Of a stretch of 64,000 bases of DNA, positions 17,544 through 27,212 are shown one piece after another. The DNA comes from an uncultured Armatimonadetes bacterium (lineage in GTDB: Bacteria; Armatimonadota; UBA5829; DTJY01), in NCBI GenBank assembly GCA_963717145.1, contig OY970325.1, forward strand, positions 1,152,001-1,216,000, in the 5' to 3' direction. A program made the translations under genes and the position numbers. How positions within the stretch are numbered: the stretch's first letter is position 1; every line of letters begins with the position of its first letter. The notes under the pieces were generated by a model. The model saw nothing but the letters and a program-made list of their open reading frames with translations. It was not told where the DNA came from and did no database searches.

Positions 17544-20012
17544 CTACAATGGCCGTTCGAGAAGATCAGTTTCCTTCATGCTGCCCCTGGACGGGTCGAT
17601 CCTGAGCGTCTTGATCTCGAACGCGCCGAGTGACACCTCGAACGAGTGGTTCAGAATCGAGAGCGTCGTCGACCGCGGCTTGCCGGTCGGTTCGAAGAGG
17701 CGGACGATCAGTGACTGCCCATCCTCCGACTGCTTCACCGCCAACACCTGTGCAACATCATCACTCAGGGTGATGAACGGCTTCGGCTTCTCGCCGAACC
17801 CCGGCGGGAAGAACGAGAGCGGCATCGGCCTCTCATTGTGCACGAGCGCCTCGCGGTCGATCTTCTCCAGCCGGTCGTCTGTCGGACCGCCGTTGATCCG
17901 GAAGCGGTAGAGCCGCTCGCCCTGATCGATTCGGGGCATATAGCGGTCCTGTGGCACTACCGGCCGCTCGCCGATAGGATGCCCGGAGTATGCCGGCGAC
18001 CTCAGGAGCGTGAGCCTCAATCCATCGGGGGAGAAGTCCGAGCCGTAGACGCCATCGTTGATGCAGGTCAGCGCCTTCGATCCATCGATAACCGCCACCC
18101 ATTTCTGCGCCACCGCCTCGTCGCCGTTCGTCGGAAGCTCCCCTACCCCATATGCGACCTGGCCCAGATACCTGTCACCTGCGACTGGGATCGAGAGCTT
18201 CAGCAGGCGGTCCTTCTCATTCCAGTGCACGCGGGTTCGGACCTCGATCTCGGTTCCAACCTTCGGCAGAAGGTACTGCTGGCAAACGAACGACCGCCCG
18301 CACTCGAACACGGCCTCGACCGTCGTCCTCACCGGCCCGTCCTCGACAATGCGCACGGATGGGATGATGCCCTGAGTCACGCCTGAGAACCGCGTTCCGT
18401 CCTCAGGCGACATGAGCTTGAAGCGCCCGGCCTCAGTACGGAACCCTCGAACACTCATCGCCCAGGAGTCCTCGTCGTCCATCATCACGATCGGCTGGAA
18501 GGCGTTCGGCTTGATACTATCCACGCCGCCGACCGCGTACTTGTCGATCAGCCCGGTCTGCGTGTTGATGACAACCTTGATCTCCGGCGTCTTGAAGACG
18601 AATGGCTCATCGGAGGAGATCAGGGGCATCTTCGGACGTTCGGAGACGCGCTCCAACCGGCAGTCGAAGCGGTTCATCGTGCTCGGCTCGAGATCGGCGA
18701 GGAAGACGACGCGCTTCCGCCAGTCGAGGTTGACGTTGCTGTCTTCCTTGATGTTCTGGCTCGGCAGCGGCTTCCCGTGTTGGAAAACCGGCGTCAGGGT
18801 GAACGAATCGCTCCAGTTCTGGTCGTTGAGCATGAACTCGCACTCGATGGGCATAGTCACTCTGAACGGATGCGGATTGTAGACGAGTATCGGGATCTCC
18901 TCCGCGCTCCCGGTCGATTCGCCGGCGGAGAGTGCGAAGAACGCCCTCGCCTTGATCCGCGACAGTATCTCCAGCCCATGATCGAGCATCCTCAAAGCCG
19001 CCTCCTCGACATTCTGGATCGAGGACCCGGGCAGGATGTCGTGGAACTCGCACGTCGCGAGGTCATACATCGCCGCATGGAAGTCATCGGTCGGATACTG
19101 CATCAATCCCTGCCAGGATGCCGCCGAGACCATCTTCTCAACGGCATAAAGCTCGTTCTCCAGGAGGCGGTGCTTCTGCTTGATGCGGTTCTGCGACGTG
19201 TAGCATCCCACAGCCCACGGGTTCAGATCGCGCATGACTCGCGGGAGCGTATCCCTCATCTTCGCCAGTTCCGCGAAGTAGGCCTCTGGGGTCGAGTGCA
19301 CGATCTCGAAGTCGTCTCGCTCGCGGATCAGGTCGTTCAGGTCCTGCACGTCCTTCAGGCTTGGGCCGCCACCGTGATCGCCGACTCCCCACGCGATGAG
19401 TCCGACCGCCTTCCCGACGCATCCCTGGAGCCGACCCTCGATCTTGGCCCGAGCCGCACCGAGGCCGGAGTTGTAGTCAGGCGTGCGGTGGCACATGATC
19501 TCCGAGCCGTCGTAGCCGACCCAGACGAAATCGTCGGAGGGAAGCGCAATCCAGTCCTGCGACGGGCGGCAGAAGAGGTACGAGTCATACCCGCTCTTCG
19601 CCAGGATCTGAACGAGCCCCCGGGTGTGGCCGAATGGGTCGAAGTTGATGGCGGTCGTCGGCTCGACTCCGAACTTCTCGCGGAAGTAGGTCTTCCCGAT
19701 GAGCGCCTGCCGTACGAACGACTCGCCGCTGGGCATATTGCAGTCCGGCTGAACGTGCCAGCCACCCATGATGTGCCACTTGCCCGTCTGCACGAGGCGT
19801 TTGATCCGCTCGAACAGGGCCGGCTCGTATTCCTCGATCCACTGGTAGAGGAGCGACTCGTTGTGGTTGAAGACGAAGCCGTCGAACTGCTCGCAGAGGT
19901 CGGCGGCGGTGCGGAAGGTCGAGACGGTCGCCGCCGCGCCCTCCTCCCACTCCCAGAGCCACATGGGATCGAGGTGGGCGTTCGATATCAGATGGATGGT
20001 TGGCTTGGTCAA
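17544..20012 (-). CDS. Alpha-mannosidase, GH38
   Basis: NAHLDPMWLW, PDCNMPSGESFVRQ, DPFGH, GVGDHGGGP and FHDILPGSS motifs. Confidence 0.93.
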   Translation of the reverse strand: MTKPTIHLISNAHLDPMWLWEWEEGAAATVSTFRTAADLCEQFDGFVFNHNESLLYQWIEEYEPALFERIKRLVQTGKWHIMGGWHVQPDCNMPSGESFVRQALIGKTYFREKFGVEPTTAINFDPFGHTRGLVQILAKSGYDSYLFCRPSQDWIALPSDDFVWVGYDGSEIMCHRTPDYNSGLGAARAKIEGRLQGCVGKAVGLIAWGVGDHGGGPSLKDVQDLNDLIRERDDFEIVHSTPEAYFAELAKMRDTLPRVMRDLNPWAVGCYTSQNRIKQKHRLLENELYAVEKMVSAASWQGLMQYPTDDFHAAMYDLATCEFHDILPGSSIQNVEEAALRMLDHGLEILSRIKARAFFALSAGESTGSAEEIPILVYNPHPFRVTMPIECEFMLNDQNWSDSFTLTPVFQHGKPLPSQNIKEDSNVNLDWRKRVVFLADLEPSTMNRFDCRLERVSERPKMPLISSDEPFVFKTPEIKVVINTQTGLIDKYAVGGVDSIKPNAFQPIVMMDDEDSWAMSVRGFRTEAGRFKLMSPEDGTRFSGVTQGIIPSVRIVEDGPVRTTVEAVFECGRSFVCQQYLLPKVGTEIEVRTRVHWNEKDRLLKLSIPVAGDRYLGQVAYGVGELPTNGDEAVAQKWVAVIDGSKALTCINDGVYGSDFSPDGLRLTLLRSPAYSGHPIGERPVVPQDRYMPRIDQGERLYRFRINGGPTDDRLEKIDREALVHNERPMPLSFFPPGFGEKPKPFITLSDDVAQVLAVKQSEDGQSLIVRLFEPTGKPRSTTLSILNHSFEVSLGAFEIKTLRIDPSRGSMKETDLLERPL

Positions 20013-20092
20013 GGGAATGCCTTTCTTAGCTGAGTGTTGAGAGTCAAGACCAGCGGAGAAACGGGTTCTCGCAGCCTGTCATGGGCTTCTTC

Positions 20093-20635
20093 TCACTCGG
20101 TTCGGACCGCCGGTTCCGGGTACTCCTCAGCCCCGGAGTAGCTGAGGGATTTGCCGTAGAAACAAGGAATCAGTTCCTTGGGAGTCTCTTTCAGCTTCTG
20201 CAACCGTGGGATAGCATAAACCTTCTGTTGAGCGGGGTAACACACGTGCCTCGTGCCCCTCTTGTCCGTATCCAGAATGAGCACTCGTCCGTCTGGACCT
20301 TTGACAAGGATGTGCCGGAAGTTCACATCGTCGGAGTTGTAGGTGATATCGATGCCGCCATTAGCCGGCACCTCGATCCCGTAGTCGATTCGATCGAGGA
20401 TGGGCATTCTCTCGTCATCAGACCTCGGAAGCGGCATATAGGCGAGCGTGGTCTCACGAACTCCAATCGGCGTAATGGTGACATTGACCCCACTCAGATT
20501 CTTCACACGGAATGTGGTGAGGAACATGGCTTGCATGGGGTTGAAGTGGACCGTGGCCACCTGCAGCAGACCCCAGAACACGACCGCCAAGACCAGACAC
20601 ACTCCACAGCCTATCAGCCAGGTACGTTTGTTCAT
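20093..20635 (-). CDS. Hypothetical membrane-anchored protein
   Basis: ORF with an N-terminal hydrophobic helix; SD gagggg before ATG 20635. Confidence 0.6.
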   Translation of the reverse strand: MNKRTWLIGCGVCLVLAVVFWGLLQVATVHFNPMQAMFLTTFRVKNLSGVNVTITPIGVRETTLAYMPLPRSDDERMPILDRIDYGIEVPANGGIDITYNSDDVNFRHILVKGPDGRVLILDTDKRGTRHVCYPAQQKVYAIPRLQKLKETPKELIPCFYGKSLSYSGAEEYPEPAVRTE

Positions 20636-20685
20636 TGGATTCCCCTCGCAGTCTCGCACGCCTAGATCCTCACCCAGACGGTGAC

Positions 20686-21723
20686 CTAGAGCCCCAGCGA
20701 CTTCCTCAACCGATCGAGCGCCTTGGTGTACTCCGCCGGGATCAAGCCATGCTTGTTCGGCGGCACATTGAGCAGGAAGTTCGCGCCCCCTGCCTTGACC
20801 CCCTCTGCCAGTGCAACCAAATCCGCGTCCGGTTGAGTGGTGTCGTCGCCCTCATGGAACCAGGAGTGGCCGACGTAGTGGCAGACCTCGCCCGGGATGT
20901 AGTACTCCTTACTCTCGATCGTCCGCCACTTTTGATGACCTCCCTCGGGCGGAAGCCTCAGTTCCATCGCGATGAGGTCGGACGGCCAGGCGTAGTTGAT
21001 GTTGTAGTCCTTCTGGTCGCCGATGCCCGAGTTCATCATGATCACCGTCTCGGGCTGCAGCTCGGCGATGTGATGGTAGAGAAACGTCCGGTATCCCCGC
21101 CCGAGGAGTCCGGGGATGTCGATCCAGATCTCCGCGATCGGGCCGTATCTCGTGAGAAGCTCGGTGATCTGAGCGGTCACGTAGTCATGGTAGAGCGAGG
21201 TGGTGAAAGGCTTCCCGGGAAGACCCGAGCCCCACATGTTACTCCCAAACTTCGTGTGATTGTCCCACGAGCAGTAATACAGGCCCGGCTTGATGCCGCG
21301 CGTGTCGCACGATTTGACGAACGCGCCCACGACGTCGGTCTTATCCCCGCTGTTCGCCACAGTGTAGTCCGTCTGATCGCTCGGCCAGAGACAGTGCCCG
21401 GCGACGTGCTTGGCGGTGAGTACCGCGTACTTCATCCCGACGTCACGGGCGACCGACATCCATTGGTCCGTGTTCAGGCGGTCGGGAGCATAGGCGGTTG
21501 GCGGCGCGGTCCCGTCGGGCTTCTCAGCGCCGAGGAACGTGCTCATGCCGTAGTGGATGAACATGCCGTATTCGAGCGCCTCCCACTTCTGCAACTGCTC
21601 GATGCTGAGCCTCTGCGCGCCTCTCTTGCCCTTCGCCTCTGCCTTAGTCATCCGGCTCTCTCCTATGCTCACACCGGCAGCAACGGCCAGCGCCCCCTTC
21701 AATACCGATCGTCTCGTGACCAT
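20686..21723 (-). CDS. Tat-exported alpha-L-fucosidase, GH29
   Basis: TRRSVLK Tat motif; YGMFIHYG, LTAKH..GHCLWPS, EIWID and FLLNVPP. Confidence 0.88.
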   Translation of the reverse strand: MVTRRSVLKGALAVAAGVSIGESRMTKAEAKGKRGAQRLSIEQLQKWEALEYGMFIHYGMSTFLGAEKPDGTAPPTAYAPDRLNTDQWMSVARDVGMKYAVLTAKHVAGHCLWPSDQTDYTVANSGDKTDVVGAFVKSCDTRGIKPGLYYCSWDNHTKFGSNMWGSGLPGKPFTTSLYHDYVTAQITELLTRYGPIAEIWIDIPGLLGRGYRTFLYHHIAELQPETVIMMNSGIGDQKDYNINYAWPSDLIAMELRLPPEGGHQKWRTIESKEYYIPGEVCHYVGHSWFHEGDDTTQPDADLVALAEGVKAGGANFLLNVPPNKHGLIPAEYTKALDRLRKSLGL

Positions 21724-21744
21724 ATCATCCTCCACTGCGGGCGG

Positions 21745-22794
21745 CTACAACTCAACCTTCGCGCACTTGCGCACAGATTCATAGCACGCCAACACGAGCC
21801 TCAGCACATCTCGCCCCTCTTCGGCAGTTGCGATTGGCGGACGGTTCCCATGCAGGAAATCCGCGAGCGGCTCGGAGAGGCCGGCGATGCGCTCGCCCTG
21901 ACCGTTGATCTCGGGCAGATCGCTCACATGCCACTCGGGCTCGTGTTCCATGATCCACTTGAGCTGAGGCGCGCCCGCCGGGCGGCGGTGGTTGCTCGGT
22001 CCGTCGCCGTAGTTGCCGACGATCACCCCATGCTCGCAGACGATCTCCAGCGTGTTCTCGCCCCCAACAGCGACGAACGAGCACGAGACCTCCGCCATCG
22101 TGCCGTCGGGGTAGCGGAAAAGGACGATGGCGTTGTCGTTCGGGACCTTTGGGTTGAGGAGCGTGCCCAACTCGGCGTAGACCGTGGAGGGCATGCCGAG
22201 CAGCCAGTAGATGAAGTCTATGGCGTGGGCGGCGTCGTCGGCGAAGATGTCGCGATTGAGTTCAGGCTTGACGTGCCAGAGCTGCTCGAAGTTCGCCATG
22301 TGCTGGGTCGCGAGGCAGTGCCGCCGACGCGCCTGGAAGACGCGCCCGAACGCGCCCGATTCGAGCATCGATTTCGCCTGGAGGTTGTACCGCTCGACGC
22401 GCATCTGCCAGGCCATTGTGAATGGAACGCCTGACTTCTTGACGGCAGCGACGATCCGGTCCGCCTCGTCCATCTCCAGGGCGAGCGGCTTCTGGACGAC
22501 GATCGCCTTCCCCGCCGACGCCGCCTTCTCCACCAGATCCGCGTGCATCGAGGTCTCAGCCGCGATCACGACCGCCTGGATGTCATCGCTTCCGAGGAGC
22601 GCCTCGACGGAATCCATCCGCTCGCACCCGAAGTTCCCGCAGTTCCCCTCCGCCCGCGCCGCATCATGATCCCACCCGGCGACAACCTTGATGCCAAGCT
22701 CCGGGCACCCGTTCCACTGGCTGCAGTACATCCCAACGTGCCCATGTGCGAATCCAAGTATCCCGACGCCAACTTCGTTCCCGGTCCCACTCAT
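21745..22794 (-). CDS. Gfo/Idh/MocA oxidoreductase
   Basis: GILGFAHGH, VQKPLA and DDAAHAID. Confidence 0.88.
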   Translation of the reverse strand: MSGTGNEVGVGILGFAHGHVGMYCSQWNGCPELGIKVVAGWDHDAARAEGNCGNFGCERMDSVEALLGSDDIQAVVIAAETSMHADLVEKAASAGKAIVVQKPLALEMDEADRIVAAVKKSGVPFTMAWQMRVERYNLQAKSMLESGAFGRVFQARRRHCLATQHMANFEQLWHVKPELNRDIFADDAAHAIDFIYWLLGMPSTVYAELGTLLNPKVPNDNAIVLFRYPDGTMAEVSCSFVAVGGENTLEIVCEHGVIVGNYGDGPSNHRRPAGAPQLKWIMEHEPEWHVSDLPEINGQGERIAGLSEPLADFLHGNRPPIATAEEGRDVLRLVLACYESVRKCAKVEL

Positions 22795-22901
22795 ACTCGT
22801 TCTCCTACTCCTACTCGAGAGATGATCGTCCGCGATCCCAAACCAGGGTTAGCAGTTATCCGCTGCTTCAGAAGTCTCCTGCGCGAGTTCCGGCACACAT
22901 G

Positions 22902-22934
22902 AAAAAGGCGTCCGATGCAATGCATCGGACGCCT
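22902..22934 (-). terminator. Intrinsic terminator of the RRM gene
   Basis: aggcgtccgatgca-t-tgcatcggacgcct followed by a T run on the minus strand. Confidence 0.8.
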
Positions 22935-22952
22935 GATGTTACGAACTGTAAC

Positions 22953-23270
22953 TTAGTAGCTTCGACGACCACCGCCGCCGCCGCCACCATAGCCGCCACC
23001 GCCGCCGTAGCCGCCGCCACCGCCGCCACTACTGCGCTCAGGGCGAGGTCTTGCCTCGTTGACTGTGAGAGTTCGACCGCCGACCTCTTTGCCGTTTGTG
23101 GCTTCGATCGCAGCCTGCATGTTCTCCGCCGGGATCTCGACGAATGCGAAACCCTTGTCGCCGATGACTCTGACTTCGGCCACGGGACCGTGCGGCTCGA
23201 ACATGGTGCGCAGGTCGTTCTCGGTCGTGCTGTAGGACATATTACCTACGTAGAGTGATTTGGTTGCCAT
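22953..23270 (-). CDS. RRM (RNP-1) RNA-binding protein with Gly-rich tail
   Basis: RNP2 LYVGNM, RNP1 KGFAFVEI, LTVNEARP and GGGGY repeats. Confidence 0.95.
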   Translation of the reverse strand: MATKSLYVGNMSYSTTENDLRTMFEPHGPVAEVRVIGDKGFAFVEIPAENMQAAIEATNGKEVGGRTLTVNEARPRPERSSGGGGGGYGGGGGYGGGGGGGRRSY

Positions 23271-23424
23271 ACTGATTGTCTTCCTTCTGGGGCTTTTCCC
23301 CCACGATAGTCAACAGGTCGCACGTGGCACTATCGCCATTGTCGGGGAATTCGAAGGTCGCAGAAGTTGAAGCAATCTACGGGGACGAAGACACCGGTGC
23401 TGATCGTTGATACCATACTCGTAC

Positions 23425-23453
23425 AGTATATTCCACATTCGCGCAAAATGCAA
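23425..23453 (-). promoter_or_regulatory. sigma70 promoter of the RRM gene (about 150-nt 5' UTR)
   Basis: TTGCAT-N17-TATACT. Confidence 0.7.
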
Positions 23454-23499
23454 CCTTTATTTTTCGAGGGTGTTCCATCAAGCAGGAACCTGCTCGAAA

Positions 23500-23691
23500 C
23501 TAGCCATCGTCATCGACTTCGAGCTTGGCGTCCATCTCCTCCTGGCGGTCCTTCTGGCGACGGTGTTTCCTGTGCTCGCCGTGCGCACCCGCTCCTGATC
23601 GTATCATTGCTTCTTTGGCAAGCTCCGAAGACGTGCTCTTCAGAACCTCGATCTGGGACGAGCGTTTGATCGTCAGCTTCTTCCTTCTCAT
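23500..23691 (-). CDS. Small charged hypothetical protein (63 aa)
   Basis: ATG 5 nt after the upstream stop codon; basic, with a GAGAH motif. Confidence 0.5.
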   Translation of the reverse strand: MRRKKLTIKRSSQIEVLKSTSSELAKEAMIRSGAGAHGEHRKHRRQKDRQEEMDAKLEVDDDG

Positions 23692-23696
23692 AGTCT

Positions 23697-24428
23697 CTAC
23701 CCGTTTTCGTATACCAACCAATGCTTCCCTGGAGATAGGCTCTCTTCCTCGCGGAAACGCAGATGACGAGACAAGACATACCTTGCAAAGGGCAAGGTCC
23801 AGAAGTGGGCATGGTAGGGCACGGATCCACGGCCATCAGGATCGTATGCGGCTTCCTTCTTTCCGGTCAACGCATCGAACTCCGCGAGACTGTACCCCTG
23901 CTGATGCCTCGCCAGGTGGTCGCCCATGCTCACGCAAAATAGGCCGCCGGAGGTGAGGATGGTCGTGAGCTGCCGAAGAATCCGATCGGTATCGTCGTAC
24001 GAGCATTCGACCAGGTTGTCAATCAGTAGCACGGCGTCGAAGGACTCCCGCGCGAATGGGAGAGCACAGTAGTCGCCTTGAACGAACCGCGCTGTGCTTC
24101 CTCCGGCATGGGCGACATCCCGCGCATATTCAAGCAACTTGCCCGCGCAGTCGATGCCGACCGAGAACGCGCCCAGTTCCTCTATGGCAAAGGTGTACCG
24201 TCCTGCCCCACATCCAAGGTCGAGCACGCGCATCCCGGGTCTGATCGCCCGCGTGAGCTGTGAGCGAATCCGCTCCAAGAGGTGACGCCTCTCCTGCCCG
24301 TGCTCCGGCTCTATGAGGTTGTAGAAACCACTGGCGATCCTGGTATCCATGGGATGCACTGACCATGACAGATAGGCATCGAGCCGCCGAACTCCATATA
24401 GGCAGTCCCGCGGCCCGCCGCTCAACAC
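23697..24428 (-). CDS. Class I SAM-dependent methyltransferase (start may be ATG 24350)
   Basis: VLDLGCGAG, GID, GDYCALPF and FDAV. Confidence 0.88.
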   Translation of the reverse strand: MLSGGPRDCLYGVRRLDAYLSWSVHPMDTRIASGFYNLIEPEHGQERRHLLERIRSQLTRAIRPGMRVLDLGCGAGRYTFAIEELGAFSVGIDCAGKLLEYARDVAHAGGSTARFVQGDYCALPFARESFDAVLLIDNLVECSYDDTDRILRQLTTILTSGGLFCVSMGDHLARHQQGYSLAEFDALTGKKEAAYDPDGRGSVPYHAHFWTLPFARYVLSRHLRFREEESLSPGKHWLVYENG

Positions 24429-25229
24429 TCAGCGCGCGCCCAGTGCCTTCAGACACGCGTTCAAGTATCCGTAGGATTCGGCCGCGATGATCGAGACCTC
24501 GGGGAGGCCCATCTCCCCCGCCCCGATGACTTCGAGGCAGACCGGGCCGTCGTAGCCGCCTTCGACCATCACGCGACAGTAGGCCATCAGGTCGATGTCG
24601 CCTCGACCACACGCCTGCAGCGGCGGAGTGCCCGGAGACGGTCCGGGACCCTTGCAGTCGCGGATGTGGATGTGCTTCGTCCGCGAGAGAACGGGCCTCA
24701 GCGCATCAGCAGGGTTCTCACCCGCGCGGTAGATGTGGCTCGGGTCCATATCGACGCCGAACGCGGGCGACCTGATCTTCTCCATCGCGCGCAGGGTCGT
24801 CGGCGTGTTGTAGATCGAGCCGCCGACGTGCGCCTTGCAGCAGAGGGTGACGCCGAATGGCTCGGCCTTCGCCGCCATCTCGATCATCTTGTCCGTCTGG
24901 CGCACGAAATCTTCCTCGACATCGCTCTTCCCGCCGGGCCCGATGTTGACGACGGGGATCCCGATCTCCGCGCCCGCCTCGAACGCCTTCATCAGGCGGT
25001 CCTCGTCGAGCCCGGCTTCCTCCATCGAAAGGAAGGTCAGCTCGTTGTCCTGAACGATCTGCTTCAACTCGGACGCCTGCGCCTTCCAGTTGTCGAGATC
25101 GAGGTGCTCGCACATCCCCTTGATCGCGGATATCTCGACGCCGTCGTATCCGGCGGCCTTGATGTACTTACATGCGGTGGCAAAGTCGTAGCCACCGAAC
25201 AATACTGAATTCACTCCGAGTTTGATCAT
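24429..25229 (-). CDS. Sugar phosphate isomerase/epimerase (xylose isomerase-like TIM barrel)
   Basis: GYDGVEI, DMDPSH, HIHIRD, GRGDID and YDGPVCLE; SD ggag before ATG 25229. Confidence 0.88.
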   Translation of the reverse strand: MIKLGVNSVLFGGYDFATACKYIKAAGYDGVEISAIKGMCEHLDLDNWKAQASELKQIVQDNELTFLSMEEAGLDEDRLMKAFEAGAEIGIPVVNIGPGGKSDVEEDFVRQTDKMIEMAAKAEPFGVTLCCKAHVGGSIYNTPTTLRAMEKIRSPAFGVDMDPSHIYRAGENPADALRPVLSRTKHIHIRDCKGPGPSPGTPPLQACGRGDIDLMAYCRVMVEGGYDGPVCLEVIGAGEMGLPEVSIIAAESYGYLNACLKALGAR

Positions 25230-25325
25230 GTGTTTAACTCCCTTATAGCGACCGGCATACTTGCCGATGACGCCGCTCCTAATGAGCCCTGCATCATACT
25301 CAGGCCGCATTTCGTATTCGTCCAT
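25230..25325 (-). pseudogene. N-terminal remnant of an antitoxin-like gene, in frame with the isomerase
   Basis: MDEYEMRPEYD...GVIGKYAGRY resembles the N-termini of small proteins usually paired with BrnT toxins; has its own SD ggagg. Confidence 0.45.
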
Positions 25326-25331
25326 GGATTC

Positions 25332-25712
25332 TTAGCCTCCTGCGACTGTCTGAGGCTTCCGGCGCTGACTGCGGGGATGGGGACGACGGTAGACCACCTT
25401 ACCGCTCCGTACGATCTCGTGAATGAACGAGACAGGTCTCACGTTCTCAAGAACCGACGGGTGGAAACCCATGGCCTCGATCATTGGCTCGGTGTTCCAC
25501 TTGGCCTCTGAAAGGATGCCAGAGAACTCCGCATGGTCAGACGGCCCGAATGCTTCCGAGAACACAGCCAGGTCGACGTCCGAGTCCTCGTTTGCTTTAC
25601 CCTGGCCGTAAGAGCCATACAGTATGACTCGTTCGACAGGCACTCCCAAGCGCTCCAGTTCCTGAACGTACTGCCTCACTGCAGCGATCACTTCAGTCCT
25701 TGTCTTAGCCAT
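25332..25712 (-). CDS. Minimal nucleotidyltransferase (MNT) antitoxin
   Basis: ILYGSYGQG...SDVDLAV. Confidence 0.9.
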   Translation of the reverse strand: MAKTRTEVIAAVRQYVQELERLGVPVERVILYGSYGQGKANEDSDVDLAVFSEAFGPSDHAEFSGILSEAKWNTEPMIEAMGFHPSVLENVRPVSFIHEIVRSGKVVYRRPHPRSQRRKPQTVAGG

Positions 25713-26071
25713 TCTGTGAACCTGGCTGTCCTTTCATACACGCCGGCTGTCCATGGTGGGGTGAGGATATCCGCGATGGCACGGCGTCCATCCGGATATC
25801 GAGTCACTACGCCCATGTTGTCCAGTTCGTTAACGAGCGCGCGGTGCTCGTCCGGCAGTTCAATCCCTCCACGAGTTGCCAAAGCGATAAGGTTATGGAC
25901 TCTGGGGGGCTCGACGCCCTCTCGCTCCACGATCACCGCCTTCAAGAGCTTCTCGATGGTCAGATGGCACATAAAGACGACGAAATACAGCCGCCCGCTA
26001 TCGAGCATAGCCTTTGCGGATTCCAGGTCATATTCCGCGTCCTCTATCCACAGTAGCGTCTCAGGTCTCAT
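25688..26071 (-). CDS. HEPN domain protein
   Basis: AEYDLESA, CHLTIEKLLKA, PRVHNL and TRYP; overlaps the MNT gene. Confidence 0.9.
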   Translation of the reverse strand: MRPETLLWIEDAEYDLESAKAMLDSGRLYFVVFMCHLTIEKLLKAVIVEREGVEPPRVHNLIALATRGGIELPDEHRALVNELDNMGVVTRYPDGRRAIADILTPPWTAGVYERTARFTEWLRQGLK

Positions 26072-26074
26072 CGT

Positions 26075-27064
26075 TTACAGATCCACGATCCGATGCTCGT
26101 TCCACGAGGTGATCGCCGCCTCGATGATCCGCTGGACCTTCAGGCCGTCGAGGCCGGATGCGTCGATCTTGTCGTACGGAGTTTTCGCCTCGATCTGATC
26201 GACCCACTTGTTGATCCTGAACTGGAAGGTCTCGCCGAACGAGCGCATCCCGCCGAGGTAAGAGAAGGTCTCGTACTGGATCGAGTTGCGATCGTAGAAT
26301 GAGAGATGCTCGCAGGCGTCGTCGATGATGAAGCGCCCCGCCGACCCGACCACTTCGCACTTCTCGAGGCCATAGGATCCGCCGGCATCGTAGCTTCCGG
26401 TGAGGCATCCCACCATCCCGTTCTCGAAGTGGAGGAGTACCTGCGCATTCGAGAAGCAGATCCGGTTGTCGCCCTTCTTGAGGAACGCCGCCACACTCGT
26501 TACGTCGCCGCAGAAGTAGCGGATCACGTCGAACGAATGCGGATGGAGCGCGCGGAGGTGGAACCAGGGCGAGGTCTCGACCGGGTTGTTGATCCACATG
26601 CGCATGTTGATCATATACGGAGTGCCGAGCCGGCCCGCATCCATCCATTCCTTCGCCCGCAGTGCAGCCGGCGTGAAGCGATGGTTCAGGTCGATCGCAT
26701 ATGCGACCTTCTTCCTCGCCGCCAGCGCCACCATCTGCTCGGCCTCTTCGATATTGTTGGAGATCGGTTTCTCACCGAGGACTGGAATCCCGGCCTCGAG
26801 GAGTTCCATCGTAGGAGTGAAGTGGTCGCCGCCGTTCTCTTCGCCCTTGGTCGCCATGCTGCAGCAATCCAGATGGATCCCGCTCGCGAGCATCTCCTTC
26901 ACGCTGTAGAACGCCTTGCCGCCGAACTTCTGCGCGCCGGCGTCGGCCTTCTCGCGAATGATGTCGCAGCAGGCGACGATCTCAACCTTGGGGTTGTTCT
27001 TGTAGCAGCCGGCGTGGGTGCTACCGATGTTTCCCACACCGACGATTCCGATCTTGAGAGCCAT
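26075..27064 (-). CDS. Gfo/Idh/MocA oxidoreductase
   Basis: GVGNIG, GEKP, NHRF and ALHPHSFD. Confidence 0.9.
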   Translation of the reverse strand: MALKIGIVGVGNIGSTHAGCYKNNPKVEIVACCDIIREKADAGAQKFGGKAFYSVKEMLASGIHLDCCSMATKGEENGGDHFTPTMELLEAGIPVLGEKPISNNIEEAEQMVALAARKKVAYAIDLNHRFTPAALRAKEWMDAGRLGTPYMINMRMWINNPVETSPWFHLRALHPHSFDVIRYFCGDVTSVAAFLKKGDNRICFSNAQVLLHFENGMVGCLTGSYDAGGSYGLEKCEVVGSAGRFIIDDACEHLSFYDRNSIQYETFSYLGGMRSFGETFQFRINKWVDQIEAKTPYDKIDASGLDGLKVQRIIEAAITSWNEHRIVDL

Positions 27065-27169
27065 GGTTGCTCCTCCTGTCGTTGATTGCGGACATTTCCA
27101 TGTCAGGATACCACGCCTGCGCGCAGATTTCCTTTGGGCATCGAGAGGAAATGGGAAGAAGTTGGCGGT

Positions 27170-27212
27170 TGATGCTTCGGCAGCGCCGCCAGGTTCTGCT
27201 GCCGAAGCATCA
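27170..27212. repeat. Hairpin overlapping a stop codon
   Basis: tgatgcttcggcagc ... gctgccgaagcatca, perfect 15-bp arms. Confidence 0.75.

Noticed and set aside
20635-22434. Long antisense ORFs (e.g. 218-1402, 9105-10832, 18777-20033, 20635-22434, 34521-35978, 55590-56891)
   Set aside because: These are shadow frames of GC-rich coding genes, with no motifs and Arg/Pro-rich composition.
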